Below are positions 1 to 12,659 of a DNA stretch of 64,000 nucleotides, piece after piece. The DNA comes from Heptranchias perlo (Eukaryota). The translations under genes and the position numbers were made by a program. Every line of letters begins with the position of its first letter. Position 1 is the first letter of the stretch. The stretch spans positions 44,702,001-44,766,000 of the forward strand of contig NC_090340.1 of NCBI RefSeq assembly GCF_035084215.1, given 5' to 3'. The notes beneath the pieces were generated by a model that was not told the DNA's origin, ran no database searches, and saw only the letters and a program-made list of their open reading frames with translations.

Positions 1-2086
1 GAAACTTATATTATCACCCATGTCCATCAGTCGCAGAAGGCCGCAAGCGTACCGGCGGATATTGCGTGCTCTTTCTCCAGGGCACGGACAAGTTTGCAGA
101 AGAGAGGCAGGCAGCCAGCCAGAGCGGCCACCCCCATGGACCAAGTCCAACCTGGACCTGTGGATAACCACCATGGCCAGGAGCAGACCCCCGATGAGGT
201 TCTCCGACTTGCCCGGCCCCCTCCATAACTGGTGGCCAAGAATCAGGAATGTGGGACTAATGCTGATTGAGCTGGGAAGTGCTTCCAACATTTTCTTTGT
301 TACCCATTTACACTAACTCTTTGTTTCCTGTTCATCAGCCAACTTTCTATCCATGCTGCTACATTTCTTATTATACCATATGCCTGAATTTTTCTAACAT
401 GCCTTTTCTGAAATATCTTCACTACATATGCTGCATTCTGTTTGTCAAGTTTACTTCTTTTAATAGCTGAAATGACATCTTGAAATTTTTAGATTCCAAA
501 TCTAAAATACCAAAAGTTCGAGTCGACAGATGATACTTGCACATTTTGCCATTGTTTCTGCCAAACACTAGGTCACTTTTACTGCTGGTTATGTTAACTA
601 TCCTGCATCAGCTAATATCTTTAGCTGATCTTTTCAAGAATGATTGCATAAACAAAGATTTTCCCCTCATCTCAGAATACTGCTTCTAAGAAACATGAGC
701 ACTGACTTGCTACCCACTCCACCATGGTCACATCACAAGCATGAACACAAATAAATACATTTTCATATGCTGCATAATCTCTGCAGAAGGCATCGTTATT
801 TTCCAGAGCAAGAAAATCATAGGAAGCAAAAATATACAGGCAATTTCTTGAAAACACAAAAACGATCAATCTTGCCATCTCTAGTGATGTGGACAGAATT
901 GTGACTTGTTTTCCTTCTCCCCACCCCACTCCCGATGAGGTAGGGGAAAGAACTAATGATATGTTCAGATTACGAGTTTTCTGTTAGTGTGAAACTGAAA
1001 ATGCTTGGCACTAACGCTAAACTTGTGTGTGCAAATCAGGTGTCAAGGAGGTCTCAATCATCTCCACTCTGGTATCGTTGGGCCCCGGCTCCAGATTCAG
1101 GCTGCATTTACACTATAGCTGCCGCAACAGTATGAAACAAAACTACTGCACCTGAGGCTAGAGTTATTGTGTGAATTCACCCTTAGGGTTCCTTAAAGTA
1201 ACACATGTGGGAGAATGATAGAAATACATGGGCTCTGGAGCTCAATAGACTGAATGACCTTGTCTCTCACTCAGATTTACACTCAAATGCAGTTCATGGT
1301 TCCACATATTGTCACTACAATCACCCATGATGTTGTTTGTGAGTAGGTGAATGTACTTGGTAAGCCTCAACAGCAACCATCTCTCCCACTCAGCAAAGGC
1401 AGAAACCCCAATCAACAGCTTTCCCTCTTCCCCAATTCCTGCTTAACAGCAAACACCTCTCTCACTGCCAGTCTCCAACAGGTCCTTTCCACGTCACAAT
1501 TTTTGTCTCCCACAAAAAGTTATCTTTTCCTCTCCCTCTCTCTCTACCTGCTCCCCAACGGGGTATCTCTGTTTGCCCTCCTAAATGAATAACCAAGAGA
1601 ATCTCCCTCCCATGAAAATGGCCTCTCTCTACCTCAAGGGTCTTGTTTCCTCTCTCTGCATGTCTCCAATAACATTTGTCCCTTCTCTTCATTCACCAGG
1701 TTACAGGGCTGCTGAAATAAAATTGAGTTCACTCATTGGCGATGTACTCCTGCAATATCTTGACTGCTGTAAGGGCCAAGTTTCTAGGTAAGTTTGTGAA
1801 TACTTTTGTGTGATAATATTTATATTCAGGGACTTGTAGTGAGATCGGTGAGAAACTATCATGGTGGTTGGATCTCAAAGAATTTTTTTTTACTACAAAA
1901 GGTTTGGCAGAAAGGTTTTGCACGACATGATGGGTAAATAACAAAGTTAGAAAATACCTGATTGGAAATAAAAACAGATACACAATAAGAAAACTGTCTG
2001 ACTTATTTGACACCCATGATGTAGACAATGATCATGACAGAAGAAATTTTATTTGAATGATTGTACAAGGGATTAATTTCATAAGC

Positions 2087-2281
2087 TCAGAAAATGCTGG
2101 AAATACTCAGCAAATCAGGCAGCATCTGTGGAGAAAGAAACAGAACATTTCAGTTCGATGAGGGTCATCAACCTGAATCATTAACTTTGTTTCTTTCTCC
2201 ACAGATGCTGCCTGACTTGCTCAGCATTTCTAGCATTTTCTGTTTTTATTTCAGATTTCCAGCATCCGCAGTATTTTGCTT
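2087..2281. mobile_element. Penelope-derived fold-back element
   Basis: ~55-bp inverted arms (2088-2143 and ~2186-2242) around a decayed hammerhead core; 14-bp TSD TTAATTTCATAAGC at 2073-2086 and 2282-2295. Confidence 0.75.
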
Positions 2282-2299
2282 TTAATTTCATAAGCAATG

Positions 2300-5200
2300 A
2301 CTGTGTGCAGTTAATGAGCCCAGTCAATAATTACCCTGAGACAAAAGTAAAATGTAGAGTTTATATTATGCAGTGTTTACATACCAACAAATTAATGCAA
2401 TAATACATAAGAAGTTAGACTCGACAATAAAAATACATTTTGTTTTGCAGTACACAAAATTAACATTAAACAGCATAAAAGGTCACAAAAATACAAATAT
2501 ACAAATCTAAAACTTTTAATTTTTTTTATAGAAAAAATGGTTACAAAAACACAACAAAATATAGATTAATGCTTTCAAGGATACTGGTAGGAATGCAGTG
2601 ATTCTAACACCTAGAAGATGACCAATACCCATTTAGCTAAAGCGGTAAAAACCAATCCTCAGACTGAAGCTGAAGCCTTTTTTTTTGTTGGCCTATGCAG
2701 AACTTTCACCATGACCATTCCTACAGATACAATTCATATGTCAAATACCTGTAACCTTCTTGTTTATAAGATGCTGTAAGAAAATCACTGTATATCAGCA
2801 CATTTTACTTTCCAAGAAACTTTACAACTAGGTTGAATGTTTATAATTTAACTATTGATTTAGGATAAGCCAACAAAAAAAAATCATTCTTAGGCTTTGA
2901 AATGGGCTCAAAACATTCAAATCTTGTATAGTGACATCCGCAGCTCATAAAATCCCTTTCAAATGTCTGTGTGAAACATCTACTTAAAAGTAATAGAATT
3001 TACACCAGGGTTCTGCATTTGTACCATTTCCCCATCTAGCAACTGTAAGTTAATGCACATTACAACAATTCCTATAATACTCAAAAGCACAATTAAAAGG
3101 AAGGAATGCCTTGGTATACGTATTTCTGTGAATGAGCACTTGAAATGTAATAATATCAGTATCAATTTTGATACAGGTATTGATCAAATCCTACAAGCAG
3201 AGAAGGAACACTTAATTCACTAAATGTATACAACACCCATGAACAAATTGGTAAAGTCGATGGAAATTCTATATTACGCATTTAGACTGAAATGCATCAC
3301 TATTTATACATTTGTGATATTACCTAGTGTAACAGTATGCATGTGTATGTGACTTAAATGGACACAGATTCTATTCCATTTTAAATGGAACCTCAAAGTT
3401 GGCTAGCATTCTTCTTTCACATTTTACCTCAGCAGTAATAAAATATAAATATTACTGCTGAAATTACAGAATTAGGCGTGAAAGTCAATTCTCTTCTCTG
3501 AATCCATGTTTACCATGGATTATGCGGTGGGGCCGAAACTCAATTACCAAATGCTTTGGCGTACTTAAAGAGGGCTTTAATAGAAAATAATTTATTCCAA
3601 GAATAGTGTGAACATAATTACAAACTCTACAGTGTTTAAAAGTTACAAATGATTACTGCAGATATTATAGAATAGAAAATGTGCAAATCTTTAAAGCTGC
3701 AAATGGAATTCAATACTCAGTTAACAGCCAATAGTAAGAGGGAATCTTAGTCATCGTGTCCTGGGCTATATTTGAACCCGATTTCCAGGAATGAAAGCTA
3801 AATACTAAGGCTATTGGTCAACTGCAAAACCCAACTTTTGAATCAAATAGAAAATATTCCTTCCTCCTCCTAAGATATGTTATATTGTCTAGCTGTACAT
3901 GTTGTCTCAGCCAATCGCATTCCAGAAAACCATCTATGAATAATTACACTAATTTAATTTTTAAAAAATTGAATAAATCCATTAGTGCTAAATCCATAAG
4001 TTGTTGAAACAGCAATCATTCTGCTGCACCTTATCTTTGATTTGGTACTGGAGTATACATTGACTAACACTGTTAAAAGCTAATCAATATATTTTAAGCA
4101 TATATTTTACTTCTGTATGATTTAAAGACAGTCTTCCTTCTGTTTGTCTGTACAGACTAGTTAAAATGCATAAAAATTAAAACCTGTCAGCATCCCTTTG
4201 CAGAAATTTTAAATCAAATAAAACAGTAATTAGTGTTACCTTTTTATTCTTTACACAGGTTTAAAAGACCTAGGCAAGGTGTATTAGCAAACAGATGACC
4301 AGTTTTTCCAAAGGAAATAGATTTAATTATATTGCCTGTAATGATCCATTAGCTAATTAAACTAGGTAGTCAAAAAAAATTATATTTAGCACTTTGACTA
4401 AACTTTCTTGTTGTAAAGATATACATAATGTACATAATGTACATATTTTTGAACATTTTAAACTACACACAACCTACTGTAAATGTCAGAAAACACTACA
4501 GACTTTTTCATGGATAGTTTTGAAATTCAGCCAAGACTGGCTCTTCAAAAGGGATACTGTCAACTTTAAACGTGAATACTGACCATGCTGACAGACAAGA
4601 CACCAATGGAAAGATGATAATAACAAAATTCCGTACTTAAATGTCTAAATAGAATTTTCTTCTTATCAAGTAGTCTGAAAGGAAACTTTAATGCATAAAA
4701 ACTTCTTAAGCACAAATATATAATACTAACATTTGTTAAAGTAGCATTAAAATACAGTATGCAACCAACAGAGAATGTTACTAAGCAGGTAAAACTTACC
4801 AATTACTTTTTTCAATTTGCACTTTTGTTAATTTGAAAAATGTTCTAGTATAGAAGAACTTTCTGTACATCTCTTCCATGTTCTAACAATGCAGAAGAAA
4901 CAGCATGTAGATAATCCTGCACAAGAATGCATCACTCCATGCAACAAGTTGCAAAACAAATTAAAATACCCTTATGTCTTAATTAGAATGCATCTTATCG
5001 GATGGGGCCCAAAAGGTAAAACAAAAATCTAAAAGGCTGGAATTTTGAAAAGCTACAAATTACAGTATCAAGTGAAAATAATGCAACTAAGTTGATACAG
5101 AATTTTATTTTGCAATCTTCAGTCTAACAAAAATTGGTTTTAACAGTAAAGGTAGTCAGAATCAATAATGTAAATCATTAAAATCTGATACAGTTTCTAA

Positions 5201-8200
5201 AGTAAAAATATTAAAGCTGCTTTTAATTCGGGTGATGAATATAAGAAATGCAGTCTAGTCCAGAGATTAGGGTATTTTTATTGTGGGATTTGGCTACAGC
5301 TCAGTTTTGTACTTTTGTACCCAGTGCTATTTTACACAAGTAAAATTTTTAACCTTACTAGACCCAAAACAAACTGCTTAAACCTTTGAACTTTGGTATA
5401 ATTCCTGAAACTTTATATTTCCCTTTTACTTCTTCCCCATGTCAGTTTTTAGCACGTGCGGTTCCCATAAAAATCGTAAATGTGGTTTGAGATATAAATA
5501 CTGCATGATCTGGGCAGTCATTTACTTCCAGTGACAACACTAAGGATAAAATGTTCACAAAAGTGACTCCAAGTATCACAGTTGACAATGGGCATACATT
5601 CCCTGAGGAACAAAATTTGCCTCAATCCTAGATATTACCAGTGTGCTGGTAAATATGCCAAACCTTGGATTTAAAGGTTATTTTTCTGCAAAACACTACA
5701 GCCTTTCATATCAGTAAATGCTTTTGAATAAACATTTTAAGTTTGCTAAAACACTCATGGTTTCAGGTTATGCTGCACTGTAATTTAACCAACCAAAAAT
5801 ATAAAGGAGGGAAAAAAAATCACTGTCAGATTACTGGGGATGCAACAGTTAATTTAAAATACAAAAGTCAGTCCATTAAGTTGTGCAAAAGTTAATGGAT
5901 TTCACAGCTATGTGCGTGAATCTTTACAAGTCCAGTCCCTGGTAATTAAACACACTCAGTTTCTGATGCTACTGATCAAATATACCACACATTTTCACAA
6001 AATTAGTAAAATGACCACACTTAATCAGCTGAACATGAAAAGTGTTGTGCATAGGTTTCTCAATATTCTATTTTTTAAAATCTGTTTTAATTATTAATTG
6101 CATATTGCATTATGAAGAGGTGGTAAATTTTTCTTGTGGAAATTTCTGGTAAACTGATAATGTTACTTGGTTTCTTTAAGTTATGGTTATGGGAGATGAT
6201 ATTTTCAGTTTAAACTGTCAAAGTGCATAAATACAAGCTAATTACATGCCAAAAGAACATAGGTATGCACAGCAACATCAGAAAATATATTGGGCAATCT
6301 AGTTAATTAGTAAGCCTGTATGGAACGACACTCATGGCATCAGCACTGTAATCATATAAAAGTGCTAGGTGACAAAATGTTTCATATAAAATATAACACA
6401 AACTAAGGTAAATAAAAAAAGTACTTTAGCACTAGTTCTAATTCTAATATTCTTTTCACATCACCTTTAAATACAAGTGTAATTAGTCACATGGCACTGG
6501 GGTCCCCAATCACCAACAGAATAAAACCACATTTTGTAGTAGTGCACCAACTATTCTCAGAAATATAATATTCTAAAATTCCTCAGTCATTTTTCATCTT
6601 TTTCTTAGTATTTCATTATCCATCATTTCAAAAATAAAATTCTTTCCACAGATGATCTAATTATTGCACCTTTCTACTTTGCTTTCATGAAGACAGTAAT
6701 CTATAAACAGCAGTGGCAAAAACAATATATCTATCACTGAAGTACATTATCTCTTCACTAAACTGAGAAAACAGGTCCACTGCAAGAGGATTACAGCTAC
6801 CTGGTTCAGCTGAATTATCCCAAAACCATGACAAATTAATCTTTTAAACAAAGAAACAGAACTAATACACAAAAAGATCAAAAATTAAATATCTTTAAAA
6901 ACAAAGGCATGCACAGAACTCGAGCACCATGCAGTAAGGGGAGCAGTATTCCAGAAGTGCACTTGTGTACAGTTTAATTCATCTTTCTCTCATCTAACCT
7001 CAACTATGTATATCAATGAGTCAAATGGTGAAAAGGATTACATCAGCTACATTTTTTGTATATGACCATGTAAGCTGCCACTAGTGGAACAACACCCAAC
7101 TGTTCTTCACTACTTTACACAGCCCACCCCTTTTCACATGCAACTTTACCTGAAGCTTACTTTTACTCACTTTCCCATTTCTGTTTAATGGAATTAAACC
7201 ACTGTTGCACCTCTAGTAGATTCTAAATATTAAATGGAATCTGGTCATTATGTTAAAAAGTGTGAAGGGAATGTAATGCCAATTAAAAAGGGAGGTTCAA
7301 TTTGTGTGTGCACCCTTTGAAAGTTCTTGTTCACAGGACATCTTAAGATGATACCTCTACAGTCATTAGACTTGTTTGGTGGCAATTTCAAGCATCTGCA
7401 ATACTGCACAGCAGAATAATTCAGCATGGTGTTCCAGTTCGCTCACTATTACACCAGAGTACCTAAACCTTTTTGGCTACTCTACTTTAGCTGTAAATCA
7501 GATTAATTTAGTACTAAAACTCCACAAAACACCTTAAAACACTGGTACTCAGTAGGGTACTTGATCCTCTTTGAAGGTTACAAAACAATGTTCTTAAAAC
7601 ATAAAAAAGGAAAATTTACTTACCTTTTGCTTATATTTATGTATCATAACCATTTACATTACTTTAAATGTAAATGTCTTGGGCCAGATTTTGCTGCAGT
7701 AGGGCATCTCGTGGTGTCCCCCATTAGTTAGACTTACAATTGCACGGCTAGGTTCTAAAATTTTTGCCTTGAAATTGCTGTAAATGCGAGCTGATAATGG
7801 CACAGCAAGGGCAACAGGGCATTTGGGACCTTGGTGAACAACAGGACGAACAGTGTGTCTCCTTTAACAATGACATTAATGGATTGAGAAATAAACAGAG
7901 GAAGGACTGAGAAGTAGGGTGAATTAGAGTGGGTGAATTCAATGTCAAATCAGGCACGGAATGAGAAAGAGAGAGAGGGAAAGAAAGATTGGATTAAGAG
8001 AGAAAAAAAAACAGACAGCAAGGAAAAGTAAGGAAAAAAAATTTTTAAATTAAAAATTTGACATTTTTAGAATCTAAAACAATTCACAACCTGAAGGAAT
8101 GAGACTCCATACTTTTAATTGTTCACTTTCTGGACTAGAGCGGTTGATTGGCAACCATTAACAATTATCATGTCATTAAAATGGTACTTACACTGATAAT

Positions 8201-9524
8201 TACTAGACTTAACTTTCTGTGGCGACTTTAATGGGCAATTAACGTGCCAATGCAGCAACTTCATGAAAATCACAGGGAGGTTAATCAGGAGATGCTGTTT
8301 TCGCAAAACTAATGGCAGAGTGGCGCAAATCAGCCAGCAACTTCTGCGATTCTCAATTCATGGGATGTCTTTTCCTTGCCAAAAATTGCTGGCCGATTTG
8401 CGCATTAGTAACGGCGGGCATCGTTCAAATGCCATTCTTTTATCAACAAAATCTGGCCCCTTAAACTTTAAACCAAGGATAAGAAAATCAATGTATCATT
8501 TGACCATTGTAAGTGTTAAATCCAGCTTATATAGGTCAACGTACTGAGAATTAGGATCTGTCCATTGGACATTAATGAGAAACTGGGCCATGCATAGCCC
8601 ACACAGTACCTGGGACATACATAGTTCACTAAAGTGGAGAATTTGGATGGGTCATTCTAGGCTTAAAACCAACATGTCCTATTTAGTAGCAAAATTGGTG
8701 CTACATCTTAAAGTGATTAATGTTTTGAATCACATTTCTATGAAAATTGGGACTGCCAACACATACAAGCTCAGACCTCCCGTACATCAATGGCCCTTAG
8801 CAAAATATTTCCTAAGAACATGCATACTTTTCCACCTAAATGTTGCCAAATACCACACTTAAGGGTTTTTTCAAATGGTAGAAGTTCCTGATTTTTGTAG
8901 TTTCCTCACGTGAAAATATCAAGATTGCATTTTGTGCTTTGCCAAATAAAGTCCTCTTTTTAATAAATAAATTGTCCATCTTGAAATGTGTCATTAACAA
9001 TTTTCTTTAAATTAAGTGATGACATCAATATTACATTTTATTTAATTTAAAATTTGCTTTGTTGAGAATGGAGTAAAATCCTAATTTGTCAATTGGGAAA
9101 ATGAACACTAATTTGTAACAGTTATTACACTTCAAGAATATATATAGAATTTTACTGCAGGGACCTCAAGTTTAATCTTTTCATGCTTGCATACCAGGAT
9201 CACCAAACCCAGTCAAAACAAGCGTTGCATGGAACAAAACACAGAATTTACTCGATTATCTCTGAAGTTGAAAAAGATTTGTTCTTCAAAAATATTGGCT
9301 TGGTACGGTTAACAGCATCCTCATTTATTATTTTTTAAAATCTGTTCTGTCAGACATTCCTTATTTGTTGTTAATGTTCCAATGGCAGATCTAATCTCTT
9401 CTATGCTGCAAATGTTTTGTGAAAAATATCAAAAGTACATTTCAATACATTAATATAACTGGTAAAATGCTGTCCTAGGAGGTGTGAAACTGTCTTAATT
9501 TTTACTCCCCCAGAGTTCATGCAG
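2300..9524 (-). other. ATXN1L: Probable long 3'UTR of ATXN1L (end uncertain)
   Basis: AT-rich, LINE-free stretch downstream of the stop. U-rich on the minus strand, with several minus-strand AATAAA candidates (e.g. near 9040, 5105, 4245, 3590, 2050). Long 3'UTRs are typical of the family. The true end cannot be fixed from sequence. Confidence 0.45.
7681..8459. mobile_element. Non-autonomous DNA transposon (PIF/Harbinger-type MITE)
   Basis: TIRs GGGCCAGATTTTGCTG ... CAACAAAATCTGGCCC; 3-bp TSD CTT; no coding capacity. Confidence 0.75.
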
Positions 9525-10019
9525 TTATTTCCCAGCATTTGAACGTCCTTCAATTGAAAGTTTGACTTCCTGTGGTATGAAGGAAGGCCGGGAGGAAGTT
9601 TTTGCCTCCTCTGACTGAAAACCATCTCTTTGGAAAACCGGGGTGGACCAGCGACGTTGATAATTCGGGTGGCTGGGAATGCCTGTGCTTTCAGAGTCCG
9701 TATGCAAAGGCTGCATGACGGAGTCTTTCGAATGATTGCTAACCTCAGAGTTTCTACTTGAGACTTCTGGAGGAGCTAAGACAACCTCAGATGTTCCCAC
9801 GGTCCTTGAACCATGAACTGAAATAGTATTGATTGGAGAGGATGCTGGCTGGGTAGAGCTCCTGCCAGAAGTTTGGACGCTGAGTGATATACAGACATTA
9901 CCCACTGTAAGTCTTTGACATGAAAGTCCAAAGAGGTGTGCAGTGCGTTCTGGATTACAAGAGGACCAACCCTGGCCAAATACAAAGAATGGGTGCTCTG
10001 GAGGGACCTCTACACTCAC
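9525..10019 (-). CDS. ATXN1L: Ataxin-1-like, coding exon 2 (AXH C-terminal part and tail)
   Basis: Acceptor TGTTGTAG| at 10020-10021. VSVEVPPEHPFFVFGQGWSSCNPERT completes the AXH domain. Ends RPSFIPQEVKLSIEGRSNAGK*, the ATXN1L C-terminus. Joined protein ~756 aa. Confidence 0.95.
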   Translation of the reverse strand: MSVEVPPEHPFFVFGQGWSSCNPERTAHLFGLSCQRLTVGNVCISLSVQTSGRSSTQPASSPINTISVHGSRTVGTSEVVLAPPEVSSRNSEVSNHSKDSVMQPLHTDSESTGIPSHPNYQRRWSTPVFQRDGFQSEEAKTSSRPSFIPQEVKLSIEGRSNAGK

Positions 10020-10362
10020 CTACAACACAGGAGAAAAATCACAATGTCTCAATCCCACAGTAAAACATTTACATTCATTAAATAAAAACAATTTAATTTC
10101 CAATGGTAACCACACAAATTTTAACTTTGTTATTGCAAACACTTCCATCACCGGCCTGGCTGCATTTTACAAGTGTTTTAAGCAAAAAAAAAGGCCTGGA
10201 CTCCATTGCATCACCAAATCTATGGGGCAACCCAATATTTGGGTACCTGTTTGATGTCTGGCAACAATATTAGTTCAAGCAGGAATGGACTAACTTGGTA
10301 ACTGGTTTTGAACCAGTATCTTTTTCTTTAAGGAGATTACCTGTAATATACTGCAGACTCAC

Positions 10363-12138
10363 CTTTGTTTGAGGTTCTCCTACAGAGAAATGGAGGGTGA
10401 CATAGCCGGGACGCTGGCTTTCCACAACGTCAATCACTGTACTGGAGTCAATCTTTAACCCAGCACTAATCTCTGCGCTACGCACAAAGTCCTGTGCTTG
10501 CAAGTCTTCTACACGTTTCAGTTCCCCATTCGCTAACTGGATGATGGCACCTTTCATAAAGTGTGAAGGAATATGAGCAGGTGGGGACTGCTGGACCAAG
10601 ACAGGCTGAAGGAGTGGTACTGTGGGATGTGACGCTGGAAGTGGAACCACTGTACAAGCTCTTGTTTGCCCATCAAGATGTCTATGAACTATGGGTTCTG
10701 TAGTTATGGCAACATTATTAACCAATGCATCCTCCACAAGAACAGGGGCATCAACAGGCATTAATACTGGTTGCCCATTGGCTAATACCATTGTTTTATG
10801 CATATGTCCACGTTGGTCATCTAATGGTTGCCTTTTGAGTCCTGTGGTAACGTGCTGTTGAGCAGGCAGATATAGAGACCGTGGTAATTCTTCATTAGAA
10901 CAAAATTCCGAAAGGTTCTTACCTGGAATGATTTGTGAGTGGTGTCTTACTTGCTCTTGACTTTTGAATGAATTCTGTGAAACTTTCACATTACTAAAGA
11001 CTTCTTTTCTAACAACTACAGGACCCTGAGCTACTTGAGCACCCAAACTCCCAACCACTTGTTGGACTTCTAGGTCTGTGTCTGGTGTACTCCTCTGTGC
11101 TGGAGAGATAACCTCACTCCTTGGTTCCCTGTGAGCAAAAAAATGGGGACTGCCTCTTGGGTTTTCCATTGATAAGGCAGATAGCTGGGCTTCTTTTCTG
11201 CTGCCAACATAATGGGGTGCCTGAAGTTCTATAAATCTCTCGTGTCGTGGTCGTCTCTCGAAATTTTGATGGTCTGAATCTCCTTCCCCTCGGTTTGTTG
11301 AGACTTCCGATATAGTTTCAGCAGTTTCTTTGTCTTTTGCCATCTGAAGACTATATCTATTTTCATGACAGATATCTGGATTTGGCACTGCTGTGGCAAA
11401 TGTTGCATATGATGGTGTTAACAGCGAAGGTTGAAAATGGAGTGGGACCCTACCATGGGCCATGCCTTGCGAAAGATCTGCCGTGGTTAGGTGAGGCAGT
11501 GGTCCTTGTGGAGTCAAACTGTGTATGGGAGAACCAGTGGCTTTATTATAAGCTTGTGCAGGAGATGCTGTCTGTGGAGGAGGAGTGGCAGCCTCAGCCA
11601 TCATGGAAGGATATGAGACAAGGTGGGAAAGATGAGAGGTGGGGATGCCCATGGCTGGAGAAATCAGTGGATTTGGCAGAATCCCATGAGAGACATATGG
11701 CACCGGGTATGGAGTTCCTACAAATTGCAGTGAAGTGTGGGGTAATTGGGTGTAATGAACAGGAGTATATGGAACTCCATGGTGCTGAAGAAGCGGAGAT
11801 GCAATGCTGTATGCTGGTGAGAGATGCCCCATATTCACCAATGAATGTTGAGCACTTAGTGAATAGTTTGCAGAAGGTACAGCCAATTTGTACATCATGC
11901 CATACTGATCCACTGCGACTCCTGATGAACTTTCACCATTATCAGCTCTGACTCCATATCTCAGCGTTGTTTGGTTCTCTTCAGCAGCACTTCTCGACCA
12001 ATCAGCATCACTTACAGTGGTAATACTGGCTGGCAAAGTATTATTTTTTAAGACCTCCTCACCTCCAATACTATTCTGTAGTAGTTCTCGTTTCTTTGGT
12101 GGCAGGCATTCTTGGTTTCGCTCATAAGCAGGTTTCAT
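10363..12138 (-). CDS. ATXN1L: Ataxin-1-like, coding exon 1 (N-terminus to first part of AXH domain)
   Basis: Starts MKPAYERNQECLPPKKREL (ATXN1-family N-terminus, MKP.. as in ATXN1L). Contains QRSTPDTDLEVQQVVG and AXH segment HFMKGAIIQLANGELKRVEDL. Donor AAG|GTGAGT at 10362; 1776 nt, phase 0. Acceptor TTAG| puts the exon start at 12238 (100 nt of 5'UTR). No polyQ. Confidence 0.95.
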
Positions 12139-12659
12139 ATTGTACTCTGGAGTATTATTTTTCCTATATCACTGAGGAATGTCAGCAGGAGAACAAAGAT
12201 ATTCTAGAGCTCGCCTCAAACCACCTGCTGACAGGACCCTAATCAGTTGGAGGAAAAACAGAAAATATGTAAGTGACAATAAAACAACTGAAAAAAATAT
12301 ATAAATAAATTGCTTTTGTACCTTAAAATGCATGACATTCTCAAATTAAAGACAAAAATTTCTAGATTTATTCTAATTGTTGCTCATCAGGCTGATGGAT
12401 GTCATTCTTGAGTAACAGAAAGTACTTCCACTTTTAGTAACTAGTGTCAGTATCAAATTTTTCAAAGTCAAACGAGTATCCTAATGCAGAGTACGCCTTC
12501 TCTACACTGCCTCAACAATATGCTTCAAACTCAATCATACAGGAGAATCTTTTGGGCCGCTGACTGAGACTGCCAATTCGGTCTTGAATTATGGATGATT
12601 TCACACTATAGTCAGTGATCAGTACAAACTGGGGTAAGACTCAAGGCACATATAGTTGC

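Noticed and set aside
4422-4446. (ACATAATGT)x~3 as Pumilio elements in the ATXN1L UTR
   Set aside because: The perfect TGTACATA matches are on the non-transcript strand; the transcript strand reads TGTACATT.
10270-10362. C-terminal extension of the 622-aa ORF
   Set aside because: Read-through into the intron; the AXH domain continues at 10019.
11337-11951. 204-aa antisense ORF over ATXN1L
   Set aside because: Non-ATG start, no recognisable domain; consistent with a shadow of the Pro/Ser/His-rich coding strand.
12071-12109. Alt-ATXN1-like overlapping ORF starting in GA-ATG-C
   Set aside because: The equivalent start exists, but the frame closes after 12 aa (MPATKETRTTTE*).
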